A DNA stretch of 63,257 bases, filler included, from Rhabdomonas costata (taxonomy: Eukaryota): the NCBI GenBank assembly GCA_019059605.1. It is 49 parts of 49 records of this genome, joined end to end, with 100 filler letters (N's around TTAATTAATTAA, not from the genome) between each part and the next. Parts side by side here need not be neighbours in the genome. Positions count along the whole stretch, not along the records: positions 47,842 to 49,034 come from JAHMHO010024185.1; positions 49,135 to 50,327 come from JAHMHO010024186.1; positions 50,428 to 51,620 come from JAHMHO010024187.1; positions 51,721 to 52,913 come from JAHMHO010024188.1; positions 53,014 to 54,206 come from JAHMHO010024189.1; positions 54,307 to 55,499 come from JAHMHO010024190.1; positions 55,600 to 56,792 come from JAHMHO010024191.1; positions 56,893 to 58,085 come from JAHMHO010024192.1; 41 more parts are not named here. One strand, given 5' to 3'. Under the pieces are notes generated by a model that was not told the DNA's origin, did no database searches, and saw only the letters and a program-made list of their open reading frames with translations. Positions 48,508 through 61,101 of this stretch are shown here, piece by piece. Numbering within the stretch: position 1 is the first letter of the stretch; every line of letters begins with the position of its first letter. A program made the position numbers and the translations under genes.

Positions 48508-48977
48508 GGTCTGTCTACTTTCAGCTTGCGGTCCCTGCAGAACGCAGTGGAAGCTCTCTCCGGCTTGTCGCAAGCCAGGTCCATGAGTCACATCACCTTT
48601 GCCATTATCAGCAACCTTTTGATCGCTCTGCGAGGGAGGAACGCAGTTATAAATGTACGCAAACGCCAAATCTCCTGCGCTTCCAAATAGATTGTAAAAT
48701 AGCGGTGCCAGGCCCAATCTGATATTTCGGCTATGGGCTATGGGCTGTCACTGTTTTGCAGCCGTCGCCATCACTACGAGCTAAGGCGACGTTTTGGGTG
48801 GTTGCTCATTCGCGCTTTATACAGGGCGAAAAGTGCAGGGAGCGGGAGATGAACCGAAGCTTTGCGGTGCTGCTACGGCGGCAGGTGCTGCCTGACGCTC
48901 TCCACTACGACCTTTCTGTGACGGCGGAGAATTCCGAGCTGGTTGTGCCGTACCCCGCACAAGGGCTGTGGTTTCTG
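48508..48977 (+). CDS. Two exons of an unidentified gene
   Basis: SVYFQLAVPAERSGSSLRLVASQ|VLPDALHYDLSVTAENSELVVPYPAQGLWFL with AG/GT boundaries. Confidence 0.4.
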
Positions 48978-49134
48978 GTGTGTACCTTGACTCACCCCAC
49001 TGGGCTACCTCCCAAATTGAACCCCACAAACACCNNNNNNNNNNNNNNNNNNNNNNNNNNNNNNNNNNNNNNNNNNNNTTAATTAATTAANNNNNNNNNN
49101 NNNNNNNNNNNNNNNNNNNNNNNNNNNNNNNNNN

Positions 49135-50079
49135 GTGTTGGGGGTGTCTCCTCCGTCCTTGCTGTTGACAGCGCGGAGTACGAGCACGGTCTTCCTGAGA
49201 ACCTTGCCGCGCTGGTCAAGGTTGGCATTTTCTGCCCTTCTGCCCGTCTCCGGCACGGACGGGCTTCTGTGGTTGCCTTGTTCTTCCTTCCTTACATCCG
49301 CAGAAAGTGCAAGATGACAAGAGTTCTCTCACATTGTGGCTGCCCATTCTTCCTTCGGCAAGTCGGTCCTTCCTCGGGTCGCTGCGCAGTTCGACTGCGC
49401 CATCATCGCTGACGTGGTATGCGGTTTGTGTGCGTACTTCGCGTGCCTTTCTAAAAAAACAATTCGTGGGTTATCTCTCACGGCTAAACGGGGCGCTGAA
49501 GAGAACTCTGCTCTGTCCGTGTTCTCACTGCTCTCTGTTTCTCCTCCTCCAGATCGGGATCAAGGACGAGACCACCTTCGTCCGCTCCACCTATGCGGGC
49601 AACGCCCTCGCCACCGTGAAATCCGCCAAGGACCCCATCAAGTTCCTCTCCGTGCGGTAAGGTTCATTTTTTTTTCTTCCCTTTTCGGTTTTTCTTTCAC
49701 TGTCGTTGTCGCCCCTTGTTCTTCTTTCACAGACCCACCTCTTTCGAGAAGGCTGCCGCTGGAGGCAGCGCCAAGGTTGAGTCCGTGGCTGCCACTGGGG
49801 AAACTGGTTCGCATGCTCGTTTTCCAGTTAATTGACGTTGCTCACCGTAGAGTGGTTGTCTGCGGCTGCTTCCACTGCCCGAACTCCCGGCGCAGTTATC
49901 AGTGTTTCTGCGGCGTCGGTGCACAGGCCTGTCGAAGTGGCTCTCCGAGGAGGTGGATACCTCTGGGAAGGTGGACCTCACTGCGGCCCGCGTGGTGATT
50001 TTTGGTGGCCGTGGGTTGAAGAACGGCGACAACTTCAAGATGCTGTACGAAATGGCCACCAAGATTGGCAACGCCGCTG
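49135..50079 (+). CDS. ETFA: Electron transfer flavoprotein alpha subunit, partial; exons 49135-49220, 49304-49416, 49553-49656, 49733-49806, 49927-50079 (one apparent 1-nt deletion)
   Basis: LPENLAALV, FGKSVLPRVAA, TFVRSTYAGNALATV and DLTAARVVIFGGRGLKNGDNF motifs; four complete GT-AG introns. Confidence 0.96.
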
Positions 50080-50587
50080 GTGCGCCCCCTCCCCTCCTGA
50101 CTTTGACAACTGTTTTCGCTCCCATGTGTGTGGGCTTTTCCTATTTCTAGTCAACTGCAGTCTTGTGCTGAAACACACTTCCTTCGTTTGCACGCGCTGT
50201 CCTTCGTTGCCCATCACACCCCATATGTTGAAACTCAGGTAAAACGCCTTTCACTTTCCCCTGTTTTGCCGTGGAGGGCGAAACTAACATCCTCCTTCCT
50301 CTGACATTCCCTCCTTTTTTCGTGGATNNNNNNNNNNNNNNNNNNNNNNNNNNNNNNNNNNNNNNNNNNNNTTAATTAATTAANNNNNNNNNNNNNNNNN
50401 NNNNNNNNNNNNNNNNNNNNNNNNNNNGGTTGTTCTCGAAAAATATGAGCGAAGTGTGGACCTGGGCCAGCGGGAAATACCAGCTCCCAAACGAGCTGCT
50501 CTCATCACTCATCGTCGACCTCACGGCGACGCGGAAATCCGTCACGATTGGACCAGTCAATAGTGGTAACACCCAGGTGGAGAAAGC

Positions 50588-50810
50588 ATGGTCTGGTGCG
50601 CGCCCCTGCGTGCGCGCCGTTTGCTGCGATGTTTCAGACTTGCTCGGTCCGAAGATGGCGAAGAATCTACCCTCTCGTCCCGCGCGTGGCAGCTCCTGGC
50701 GCGCTTCAAGCTGGGGAGCCTTGGCAACAACTGGCCTTGCCCAGGCTGTGGACAGGTCCTGGGTGTTTCGGTGAACACGTGTTGAGTTGCCACCAGCTAG
50801 GAATCAACGC
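50588..50810 (+). mobile_element. Degenerate C-terminal zinc-knuckle region of a CRE-like/RLE non-LTR retrotransposon
   Basis: LSSRAWQLLARFKLG..WPCPGCGQVL, then after a frameshift FGEHVLSCHQLG, giving the CCHC knuckle that precedes the RLE endonuclease. Confidence 0.65.
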
Positions 50811-53800
50811 AATCCACCTTTGAAACAAGTTCGCCTCCCTGTGCAAAGACTCTGCCCTGGAGGTCAGTGTCGTAAAGTGGCCCACTGGTCAAAGATCTCT
50901 CTCAGGAGACTGCCGGGCGGAGCTGTATGTGCGTTTTGCATCAGCCTTTTTTTTTTTGCTTACTACGCCGTGCTCAACCGACTTTGTGTCACGCTCACCC
51001 TTCAGGTGCAGCTTGCCCTGACTCCTCTGCTTCCAACCTTCATTTTTCTCCCTCTCCTCCCCACCGTTTTCGTGGTCGTGTATATCAGAACATCCTAGCG
51101 TCACGGGGAGCGTTTGGCATAGTTATTCTCGATTCTCGTGTCCCCCCCCCCCCGAATTCAAGACAGCCTCGATTTACAATCACACAGTCACCATACTCCC
51201 AACCAACGCTTCTTGTCGGTGTTTTCTTTGTCGGTAACGCACGCACGCACGCACACACGTATTTACCGTTTCGCCAGATGCTCCGGTGCACCAGGGCCTT
51301 TGGAAAAGTTCTTCGGAGGGTGGTAATCGAGAGAGAAAGTGTAACTCAGAGATTGCAAGCCTCTCGGTGACGTGCAAGACGATCCCGTGGATAAAAAATC
51401 CAGGGGAAGGGGAATCAAGATTGAGCGCACCTGCGTTGCACAGCCAAAAAAGATGGGACTGGCATTCAGCTCAGTAAGGTCCCAAAAAAGAGAGGTAGAC
51501 TCAGCAAAACGAAGAACAGCTTCCGATTCATTTGAACTTGGGGATGGCTCTAAGTTGGCACAGGAGAGGTGCGAAGGCCAGCAAAGACTTCCCTGCACTC
51601 ACACGCTCGCCCCCACCCCCNNNNNNNNNNNNNNNNNNNNNNNNNNNNNNNNNNNNNNNNNNNNTTAATTAATTAANNNNNNNNNNNNNNNNNNNNNNNN
51701 NNNNNNNNNNNNNNNNNNNNCGTCCTGGCGGTGCTTCTGGAGAGACTTCCCCAGGTACTCCTCGCCGGGTGGGGGAACCCGGCGAGGGGTGTCCTCGAGA
51801 CTGTCCCCGGATGCTCCCCACACAGAGGCCCCGGGGTAGCGCACGGCATGCTCCAGAGTGCCTAGAAACTCAGCACACCTGTGGTTGTCGTTGGAAGCGG
51901 GGAGGAGGAGGGTAGGGGGGCACACAAAGGGCACTAACGCGGCCACTGTGCTCACCACAATACCACCACTCTACCCCCTCCCCCCTCCCCGAAGGAAGCA
52001 ACGGGTATGCCACAGAATGCTGGTGTCGTGACCAAGGGAAGGAAACAAAGCAGAAACCAAGGGAAAGTAATCGACACGGAGCGTGCCGAGGAAAAGCTGA
52101 GGAAGCCTGCCGCCTGGATAGTGAGGGGGTCACCCAACAGATTGAACCCGAAAACTACCCTTTTGTTTATAGGATGAGTAGGGTCAAACCAGACAAGATA
52201 TGGTTGTGCATTCAGACCTAAAATACTACTGCAAACATAGTACTAGTAGTGGATTTTCCCGTCACTGCACCCCCTTCCGAATTCCAGAAGAAAGTCGTAC
52301 GTACTCTTTGGGGTTTTGCGGGTCGCACCAGCAGCACAGCACGTCTGCCAGGATATTGGTGAACCCTACAAAGGGAAGCCCATCTGCGGGAAGAGGGCAT
52401 GACGGAGACGGCGCCGCGTTAGCTGTGCTGCCTTGACCAGCGAGCTCGGCAGCAATGGACGGATGGACGGGAGCAGAATTCGCGTCCACCTTCCACATCT
52501 CCTGAGAGCAATTCCCAGACTTGAGAAAAGTCCTCAGCCACACCTCCGAAATGGAAGAAAGGAGGAGATAAATGGAAAAAAAGAAGGGACCCATCCAAGC
52601 CCACACTGCAGCACTTTTTGAACTCACCTTGAGTCAGAGATAAACACGAAAAAAAAGGCGGAAAGCAATTGACAACAAACCTTTCAACTTTTGAAACCTT
52701 TGACATCGCAACGGTTTTCACGAGCTCCCAGAAGATCGTTCAAGCTAAAGTAAAAACTAACATCCCCCCGTTCACCCCTCAACTTCATTCGGAGACAACC
52801 CGGGAGGCAGGCACCAGGGAGCAAAGAAACACACGCACACGCACACCACACATATACAAACCTCAGCAATCTGCCTGGCCATCTGTTTGGAAATTCCTGT
52901 GAGACAAGGACACNNNNNNNNNNNNNNNNNNNNNNNNNNNNNNNNNNNNNNNNNNNNTTAATTAATTAANNNNNNNNNNNNNNNNNNNNNNNNNNNNNNN
53001 NNNNNNNNNNNNNGCTGGGGCGGCTGCCGCGGCGACAGAGTTGGGAGGACACGGGTAGCCCAGCTGAAACCAGATACTGCAGTTCGGGAATTCTGCGCCA
53101 GGAACAAAATGCAAGGTGTCCGGATCCCAAAGAATCCCCACCACCCCAAAGCTTCCATCCCTGCACACGTCACACACGCATGAACTTCGTCCAATATCGT
53201 TCTTCCTTGGTTTAATTCAGCTGATCGTGCAAAAGCGTGAGGCTGCCCCCATGTATCATTCAGAAGGTTCAAAGGTATCAAGACTTTGCTTTCCGAATTT
53301 TTGAAATTTCATTTCGCATGCATACATCAGACCAGATGCCCTGCGAAAATCCCCCCCCAGCCATTCGCCTACCCCAACAACTAATCAGCACACACCTTTC
53401 CGAGCCAATTCGCTCGCTCGCTCGTTCGTTCGTTCAGGCCATGATATTTGCGGCAACATTTGCCTTTAAGGGGAACAGTGGACTGTCTTTTCTCACAGGA
53501 GGCAAATCGACCCAAAGCGAAGCCCAGCAAATCACGGTTTAAATGCCTTTCTCTTCATCCATCCATACTCTTTGCCACCGCACACCCACAACACCAATCG
53601 GTCGAACATCTAGCGTGTCCCAAAGTGGCCCACATTACGAATTATACTCGGCCCCATACTCCCGCACACATATGCAACCCGCTTCGCAGCAGTCGCCCAG
53701 CCTGCAGCCCAGGGCGGGACACGCTGAGGCACGAAATGGGCGGAGGGCATAGCCCTCGGGGCAGCTCACGTTCACACAAACAAAGGATGGGTTCCCTGTG

Positions 53801-55064
53801 AGCAGACCAGCAGACCAAGCGAAGGGAAGGCAAGCCGAAGGTGTGTGGTGCCATCACTGGGGAAGAGTCCTAGTAGACCGTGGTACCGCAATGCTGGGCT
53901 GGTAAAAAAGGAAACTCCGGAGGAAGAAATACCGGTTTATGTATGCGCGAAAAATTGCTTCTGCTGAAACGTGCTACCGGCCAGGGTATCGTGAAGACAC
54001 TCTCCAACGGGAGGGCAACAAAAAACAGAAAAGTCGGAACAGAAAGAAAGCCAAAAAGTTCTGGTGGACCCTACGTTACGGAGGTGGGCCACGGGCACTG
54101 TGAACACAATCATTCAGCGAAAACAAATGACAAAGAATGACTGGGAAAACGGGGTTACTACCAACAAGGGTAAACTCCGAGGAGACCCAGCTCCCCACCG
54201 CGGCATNNNNNNNNNNNNNNNNNNNNNNNNNNNNNNNNNNNNNNNNNNNNTTAATTAATTAANNNNNNNNNNNNNNNNNNNNNNNNNNNNNNNNNNNNNN
54301 NNNNNNTGTGTTAGGTGAGTTTGGGGTTTTTGGGCTTTACTTTAGCCGGTCTTTCAGTATGCTCTCCAGCATCTGCACAAGCTGGAGAGCATACTGAAAG
54401 ACCGGCTAAAGTAAAGCCATAAAACCAGGAAAGCTCCTTCCGACTGGAAGGAGAAACGAACGATTGCTTTTGCTGAAAAGGAAGTCAGCGAACGAACGAA
54501 AAAAGCAGTGGAACAGCGCGCAGCCATCCTCCCAAGAGAAGACGTCACAAGGCGACACTCTCTGCTTATCTTTTTTATTCTTATCTTTTTTACCCTCGGA
54601 GCGATCCAAGGTCAAGCGCGACGTAGTGGCAAACATGGCGGTTTTGGTGGGTGGACACGAGCATAGTACCGCACAGCTGTAAATCGACACACAAAAAAAG
54701 CAATTTTGTAAGTTTTGGTGGGCTGCACTATGTCGGGCAGAGCTCTTGTCTGGGGTTTGGTAATGTGCTTGTGGCTTCGATTTTGCGTCCGTTGTAAAGG
54801 GAGAGGCCCCACTCACCTTTTTTATTATCTTTCTTTTTTACGTTAACCGTTAAATGCCAGGTGCTGGTTTTCTTTCTCTCGGGTTTTCAGTGAAGGATGC
54901 CTCAGTTCCAACTCTTACAACTAGCATGTTTCAGCCAAAACGAACACCCAATTTCATCAAAGAAAGGTAAAGTGAAGACGAAAAAGAGGGGAAGAAACAC
55001 AACGTCAGGTGAAAACAATCGAACAGTTTCTCTGGTTGAAAGAAGAAGAATCTGCGAAGGCAAC

Positions 55065-55186
55065 CTTTCCCTGGTCTGAGCAGGAACAAGCTTCTTGGGA
55101 AGACGCTTCCTGTGCGGGTGCCTTTGCGGGTGCTTATGCTCTTTGACAGCCGCCTCTTCCACCTTGCCCTTTGCTTTAGCAGGCAT
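55065..55186 (-). CDS. First exon of a small basic protein, unidentified
   Basis: MPAKAKGKVEEAAVKEHKHPQRHPHRKRLPKKLVPAQTRE ends at a GT followed by a pyrimidine-rich tract. Confidence 0.35.
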
Positions 55187-57034
55187 TATTGAGTAGCGTC
55201 TTTGAGGTGTGCCTAGCAAGTAGTTTTCCTTTTCGTCATTGACCACGAATGACCACAAACATGGAGAAACGAGAAACCTTGAGTTTTAAATCCTTTTCAA
55301 TAAACTTGGATAAACGGACAGCGCGTAAACGTTGGAAATAAGCACCGCCCTTGTGTCGCGCAAAATTTCTACCACGTGAATTTCTGGAAGGCATAGACAG
55401 GACGAACTATTCAGCGTTCGATGGCAAACTACAGGGTACTTTCTCGAGAATTTAACACCAATCGCGCAAGACACGGAGGGTCGACGTTTCCAACAACACN
55501 NNNNNNNNNNNNNNNNNNNNNNNNNNNNNNNNNNNNNNNNNNNTTAATTAATTAANNNNNNNNNNNNNNNNNNNNNNNNNNNNNNNNNNNNNNNNNNNNG
55601 GTTGGTTGGTCATTCCATAGTGCCAGAACCAGCAGGTTAGGTGTCACAGTTAGGGTGAGAGGACCATATCCGACAGGATTCCTCCGTCATTTTTGAGGTA
55701 TTGCCGTGAGGAGAAAGACTAAGAACAAAAAAGAGAAACAGAAAACGCCAATGGCAAGTGCCGTTACTTTCCTCTTAACATGACACAAGGCAAAATACCC
55801 CGCGATCTCGACGGAGATTTTTTCCGCCCACAGCGGGAACTGGCCCAGTATTTCACATAATAGCACCCTCCTGATCACATAACCTAACCATAGCAGCTTG
55901 TACAAGAAGAAACGCAAATAAAACGAGCAATGATTTACGCGAAAGGCCTGACACATACTACGAACAAAGAACAAAAACAAGAGCACAATGTGCTGATTTT
56001 GTGTTCGTCAGAAAAACTGACCCACTATTTGAGGATTATACCCGCATTTTTAGCGTCCAATTGCCACGCATGGAGGTTGTGTGGGTTGGGCAGTCCAGTA
56101 CCGTACCACGGCCACGTATGAACTCGAAACTCGTTTATCGGCTTTCCCTTTCCGTCGTGGATCTGAAGCTGTGATAACCAGCTCATAAAATAGACTATAA
56201 AAAGGCAAAAGCACAGTCATGGCCTGACGTCAGATCGGACTACCTACTTCTGGCTCCAAGCCATGAGAGAGCGCTGCGTCCAACAGCTGGCCAACAAAGC
56301 AGTCACACGTCTAGTAGGACAATTGTTTTCAGTTGAGTTTTAATGTGTGCAAGGTTTATGGAGCGTTCTGCGTTACGCGGGGAGAAGAACGCGCAAGGCT
56401 GAAAATAGTACCACCTGGCAGAGTTGAGGTGAATTTAAGCATATATAAGGCTCTTGTGGTTTGCGCAAGGGTCATCACTTAAGCCTAAGCCTAAGTCAGG
56501 CGCCGGATGACCCTTCTCCGGCACCGGGAGCATTTATTGCTGATGGCTTCAGGAACTGGCCACCTTTTCACTTAAGAGTGGAGGTTTAGAAAAACAAGAT
56601 CCGGCGTTTCAAAAGATCCACTGGGAGCCGTCGACAGGCATCTGTTGGCGCGCTTGGGGCCAGCATCTGGTGAGTTCGCCTAGTGGGTCTGGTCTGAATT
56701 CCTCCCACATAAACAAGCAGCGGTAATAGTAAACGAGCGTGCATTAATGTACGTGGTCAAATGAGAAAAGCGGACACCACACACCACACACCNNNNNNNN
56801 NNNNNNNNNNNNNNNNNNNNNNNNNNNNNNNNNNNNTTAATTAATTAANNNNNNNNNNNNNNNNNNNNNNNNNNNNNNNNNNNNNNNNNNNNGTTGTTGA
56901 CAGTTTTTAATTGTTTATACGAAGGTCTTTTTTATTCTAAAATGAAACACACAAATCATTACAGAATAAAAAAGACCTTCGTATAAACAATTAAAAACTG
57001 TCAACGAGTCAACGAGAGACTAACAGGCACTTCC

Positions 57035-57955
57035 TCAGAGCGAGTTGGAAGTCAGGTCACAGCCCCCAAATGGCGGCGAGAGAGAGGGAGGGGAGATGCT
57101 GCCTCCCGAGGCCACTGTTCCCTGAAGGAGTGCCATGCCACAACTGCTGCCACTGCTGCCACTGCTGCCACTGCTGCCACTGTTAGGAGCATTCTCCGGA
57201 TCCTTAGCTAGGCTGTGAATCAAAGCAGTGACGCTGCTGTAGCGCTGCAGCCGCTGCGTGAGGTCGCGGGTGGTGGCCTCGCTGAGCCGCAGCTGTCGCG
57301 TGGCCTCGACAAGTTGTTTCTCTGTGGAACGCAGAGCCTGAAGGTTCTGCGTGGCGGTGGCTTCCGAGTGCTGCAGCTGTTGGGCAGGGGGCGGGAAGCT
57401 CGACCAATACAAAAAAAAAGCATGCACCAAAAAAGAGGCAGAAAAGCCTTCCTGCGGAGCAGCAGACAGTGAAGTTACACGAATATCACTCACAGAATTC
57501 GCAAAAAGCGAATAGCACAACGGCAGCAGAAACAAACAGTCAAATAGTCAGACTGACACGAGCCATTGCAATGACCCATGACCCATGACCCCCATTGCAA
57601 GGTAGCGAGGAAAATTCAATTGGTTCTCGGCAATGTTATGTTTCGTTTTCATAGAGCAGAACTGATAGGCTACGCTAGTCCAGAAGGAACAGATTGTGCA
57701 GATTCGCTGCAACGTTCTGAGATTTGGCACCATGGCGTGGGGCAGGCAGGCGCTAAGCTAAAAACACAGCAAACATCCAAGACAAAGGGTGACGAAAGCC
57801 CCTTTAATCAGACAGGAATACGAGGAAGGAGGGGAGGCTATCACCTGCGCTCTCACAGCAGAGAGCTGGCTTTGGACTGTGGCAAACTCGCGGGTGAGCT
57901 TCGCGTGGTCCCCCTCGAGAGTCTGCAAGCTGCGCACGTGGGCCTTGGAATGAAC
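57035..57955 (-). CDS. Coiled-coil protein, 3' exons
   Basis: VHSKAHVRSLQTLEGDHAKLTREFATVQSQLSAVRAQ and LQHSEATATQNLQALRSTEKQLVEATRQL..(SGS)n..* with splice-like boundaries. Confidence 0.5.
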
Positions 57956-58445
57956 CTGAAAGAGTGTGGGCCACGCAGTTACCCAACGATAAAATTCCGC
58001 GAACCGCTCGCTCTCTGACCAAATAAACACACATTTAACCGCAGCTCTCGGTAGTCCGCTTCGAAGCTCCGAAGCACACCCCCACNNNNNNNNNNNNNNN
58101 NNNNNNNNNNNNNNNNNNNNNNNNNNNNNTTAATTAATTAANNNNNNNNNNNNNNNNNNNNNNNNNNNNNNNNNNNNNNNNNNNNTGGGTGGGGGGGTCT
58201 GCACTTTTTGTGAGAAGGGAAAATGTGGTGGGGCGAAAGGCGAACCAGAGCTGGGATAAAATGCTGACTGGCGAGGCCGAAAATGGGATGCAGCCGGGGG
58301 CAAGTTTATCAGAACGGTGCTTAACTGTGAATTGCAACACTGCGCCTGCAGCAGGGTGCAACGGTATGGTCGTGTAGAAGTATTGTTTGGAAGATTGGAA
58401 AAATTGGCTCGGAAACCAAAAGTTGTCGTGTCTCCTTGAAAAAAC

Positions 58446-59378
58446 CTGATTTAAGGCGCGAATCTCGGTGAACACGGAGGTACTGGTAGTGGCCAGAGCT
58501 GCTGCATCAAAGCTGTCGTCTTCCAATGAATGACTCGCTGCGCTGTCGTGATCCACGGCATTCCGAAGATTCACAAGCCCTCGAACCAAGGTTCGCATGT
58601 GAAAAACCAGAATGAACCGGTAGAAGAACAGCTGCACCACGAAGAAAGTCACCGAACATACAGCCACTAATATCGCGGCAACGCGGTTATTCCTCCACAC
58701 TTTTGAGTAGTAGTCTGCCTGAGGAATAACCACAAAGAGCCTCCAGTTCAGTCCACTGGCGTAAAAGTCTGGTCGAATCTTCCCGGAGATGATAACTTGA
58801 AGGACAAAGCATGGGCCAAAGGGGGCGAGCGAGGTTTGCAGCACATTGCCAGGGCCAAAGATGGGGAGAGAAGGCAGCATCGCAATGGTCTCCTGGATCC
58901 CGTTATCGTCACTTGAAACGGATTTCGCAATTAGGCTGCCATCTTCAGTGAAGAGAACAATCATCCCGGTGGTTTCCAATGCTTGGTGGGCAACCTGCAA
59001 TGCATCCTGGATGGTGCTTAAATCATAATCAACGACAACAACTCCCATAACAGAGCCGTTGGTTGACCGCACAGGGACTCCTAACGAAAGCCCATTCGTG
59101 CCTTGAATCGACTCCGCGAAAACCGGGGAGAAGGTTGCTGTGAAGTTCCGGGAGGCGACCGCAACGTACCACGGCCGGAGCAAAGGGTTGAAGGGAGTTA
59201 CCGAGGCAAGTGAAAGCTTCTGCAAATCCGAGTTCACGTTCCAATACTGCAGGGAAAATCGAGTGAGGTTCGTGGTTCCTGAAATGTTCGTAGAATCGCA
59301 GTACCCAATCTGAACAGCACCGGTTAAATCCGTCCTGGCCGCCGCATAGAGCCCTGCGACTGTGGAAAAACCAAACAA
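58446..59378 (-). CDS. dCache sensor domain plus transmembrane helix and HAMP-like linker (receptor-type signalling protein), partial
   Basis: FNPLLRPWY (YDPRxRPWY-like), GVVVVDYDL and NWRLFVVIP..DY motifs, a hydrophobic helix, then SVFTEIRAL. Single long exon ending at GT. Confidence 0.88.
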
Positions 59379-61060
59379 NNNNNNNNNNNNNNNNNNNNNN
59401 NNNNNNNNNNNNNNNNNNNNNNTTAATTAATTAANNNNNNNNNNNNNNNNNNNNNNNNNNNNNNNNNNNNNNNNNNNNGGGTTTTTGTGGATACATACAG
59501 TACAGGTTTACCCTTCCCCTGGCACACCGCCGATGCCATAGTGGTGTTTCGGGTAGAGTCACGACACACATCCGTCAGGGTATTCCATCGGTGTGGTGAT
59601 CCTGATGTGGTAAAGGGCAGCGCACAGCCTGCAAGCTACATCCCGACACTGACAGGCGAACACAACCAGCGACCATGAGCTTGACCTTACACTTATGCGG
59701 AGGGTGACACGCACTACCACTATGTTGGCACTGCTACTGCCAGGGTACTCTACGCAAGGATGTGGGTACCCGGATAGGTAGCAGGATCACGACAGGAGGC
59801 TTAGCAGATATACCCAACGTGAGTCAGGGCATCTACCTAGCGCACCTCCATCGCACACTCAGGCTTAGCGTTGGGAGCTAAGTTACTGACACCCATAGCT
59901 GCCTGCATGGCGTATACATCCAGCACTACACACTTAAAACACACAAAAGTTGTGCAGCACTACTACCACGGCAGAAGAATCTCGCTTGCGGCAAGTATTC
60001 TATATTCCCCATTGACCGTTTCGGTTACGGTGTCACCCTGCGGTTCCCACCAGCAAACTGCACGAATTTGCTGCAAGAAGGATACAACCCACCATTTCCC
60101 GACAAGACCCCACCGCAATGCAACAAAACACGCCCGTCGCACTCCATAGTGGCGTCATCGTTTATGTCCGAGTGCAGGGCAACAGAACTGCGGACGGTGC
60201 TTCTTTGGCCGTGGCGGAAAGTTGCGGGCAGCGCATCGTTGTATTCCTTTCACTTTCACTTTTCAGACGACAGGTAGTGGACACGGAGATATGCAGCCCA
60301 CCGCAACCCTGCACCGAAGATCAACGACAGCTCAGGCGAGCTGCAGATGGTGACTCACCTGGGACGGCGTACAGCGAGAACATCAGTCCATGCGCCCCAA
60401 GGGCTCGCCGCCTGAGGAGGCCGGAACCACTGCTCGAGTTCCCGAAAGCCCGTTGGCCTATTCAAGACACAGGCAGCAAGCACATTCCAAAGAGTGCATT
60501 TTCTTTCACATTGCACTGACACCTTTTCGTAACACCTTGGCGAATGCCAAGAAATACCGTAGATCTCCAAGCTTGCAGCCCAGTATGCTACGGAGTGCCA
60601 TGATGGTCTCTGTCCCATGTGTGGAGTGAGAGAAGCCGCCGTGGGGACTTCAGCACATAATAAACAACCCCNNNNNNNNNNNNNNNNNNNNNNNNNNNNN
60701 NNNNNNNNNNNNNNNTTAATTAATTAANNNNNNNNNNNNNNNNNNNNNNNNNNNNNNNNNNNNNNNNNNNNCTTGCCAATGTACAATTGTGTTTTTTGGG
60801 TTCAGTGTATTATTTTCTGCCGTCTCGAAGGATCCATGCCTGACCCTGGTGGCTTGGATTGACTTGTACATGTGCGGCCTCCCGCTCCCCCCGATCGTCG
60901 GCGTTGCCTCACAGGGGGCTGGGGTTTAAGACAGCCTACTTCAATTTTGTATGTGTATGAATGGTTAGGTCTCGTAGTTTTTTTTTTGCCCATTTTGCCC
61001 CCCCCCCCCTCTTCCTTCTCTACGGGCCTCCTTCGGGTTACCCGTGGGAGCTTTTGCTCT

Positions 61061-61101
61061 TCGCAAGGTTCGCAAGGTTCGCAAGGTTCGCAAGGTTCGC
61101 A
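61061..61101. repeat. 9-bp tandem repeat (TCGCAAGGT) x4.5
   Basis: Direct inspection. Confidence 0.95.

Noticed and set aside
56896-57005. 43-bp-arm hairpin resembling a pre-miRNA or MITE
   Set aside because: Located at the contig start with perfect arms; likely artefact.
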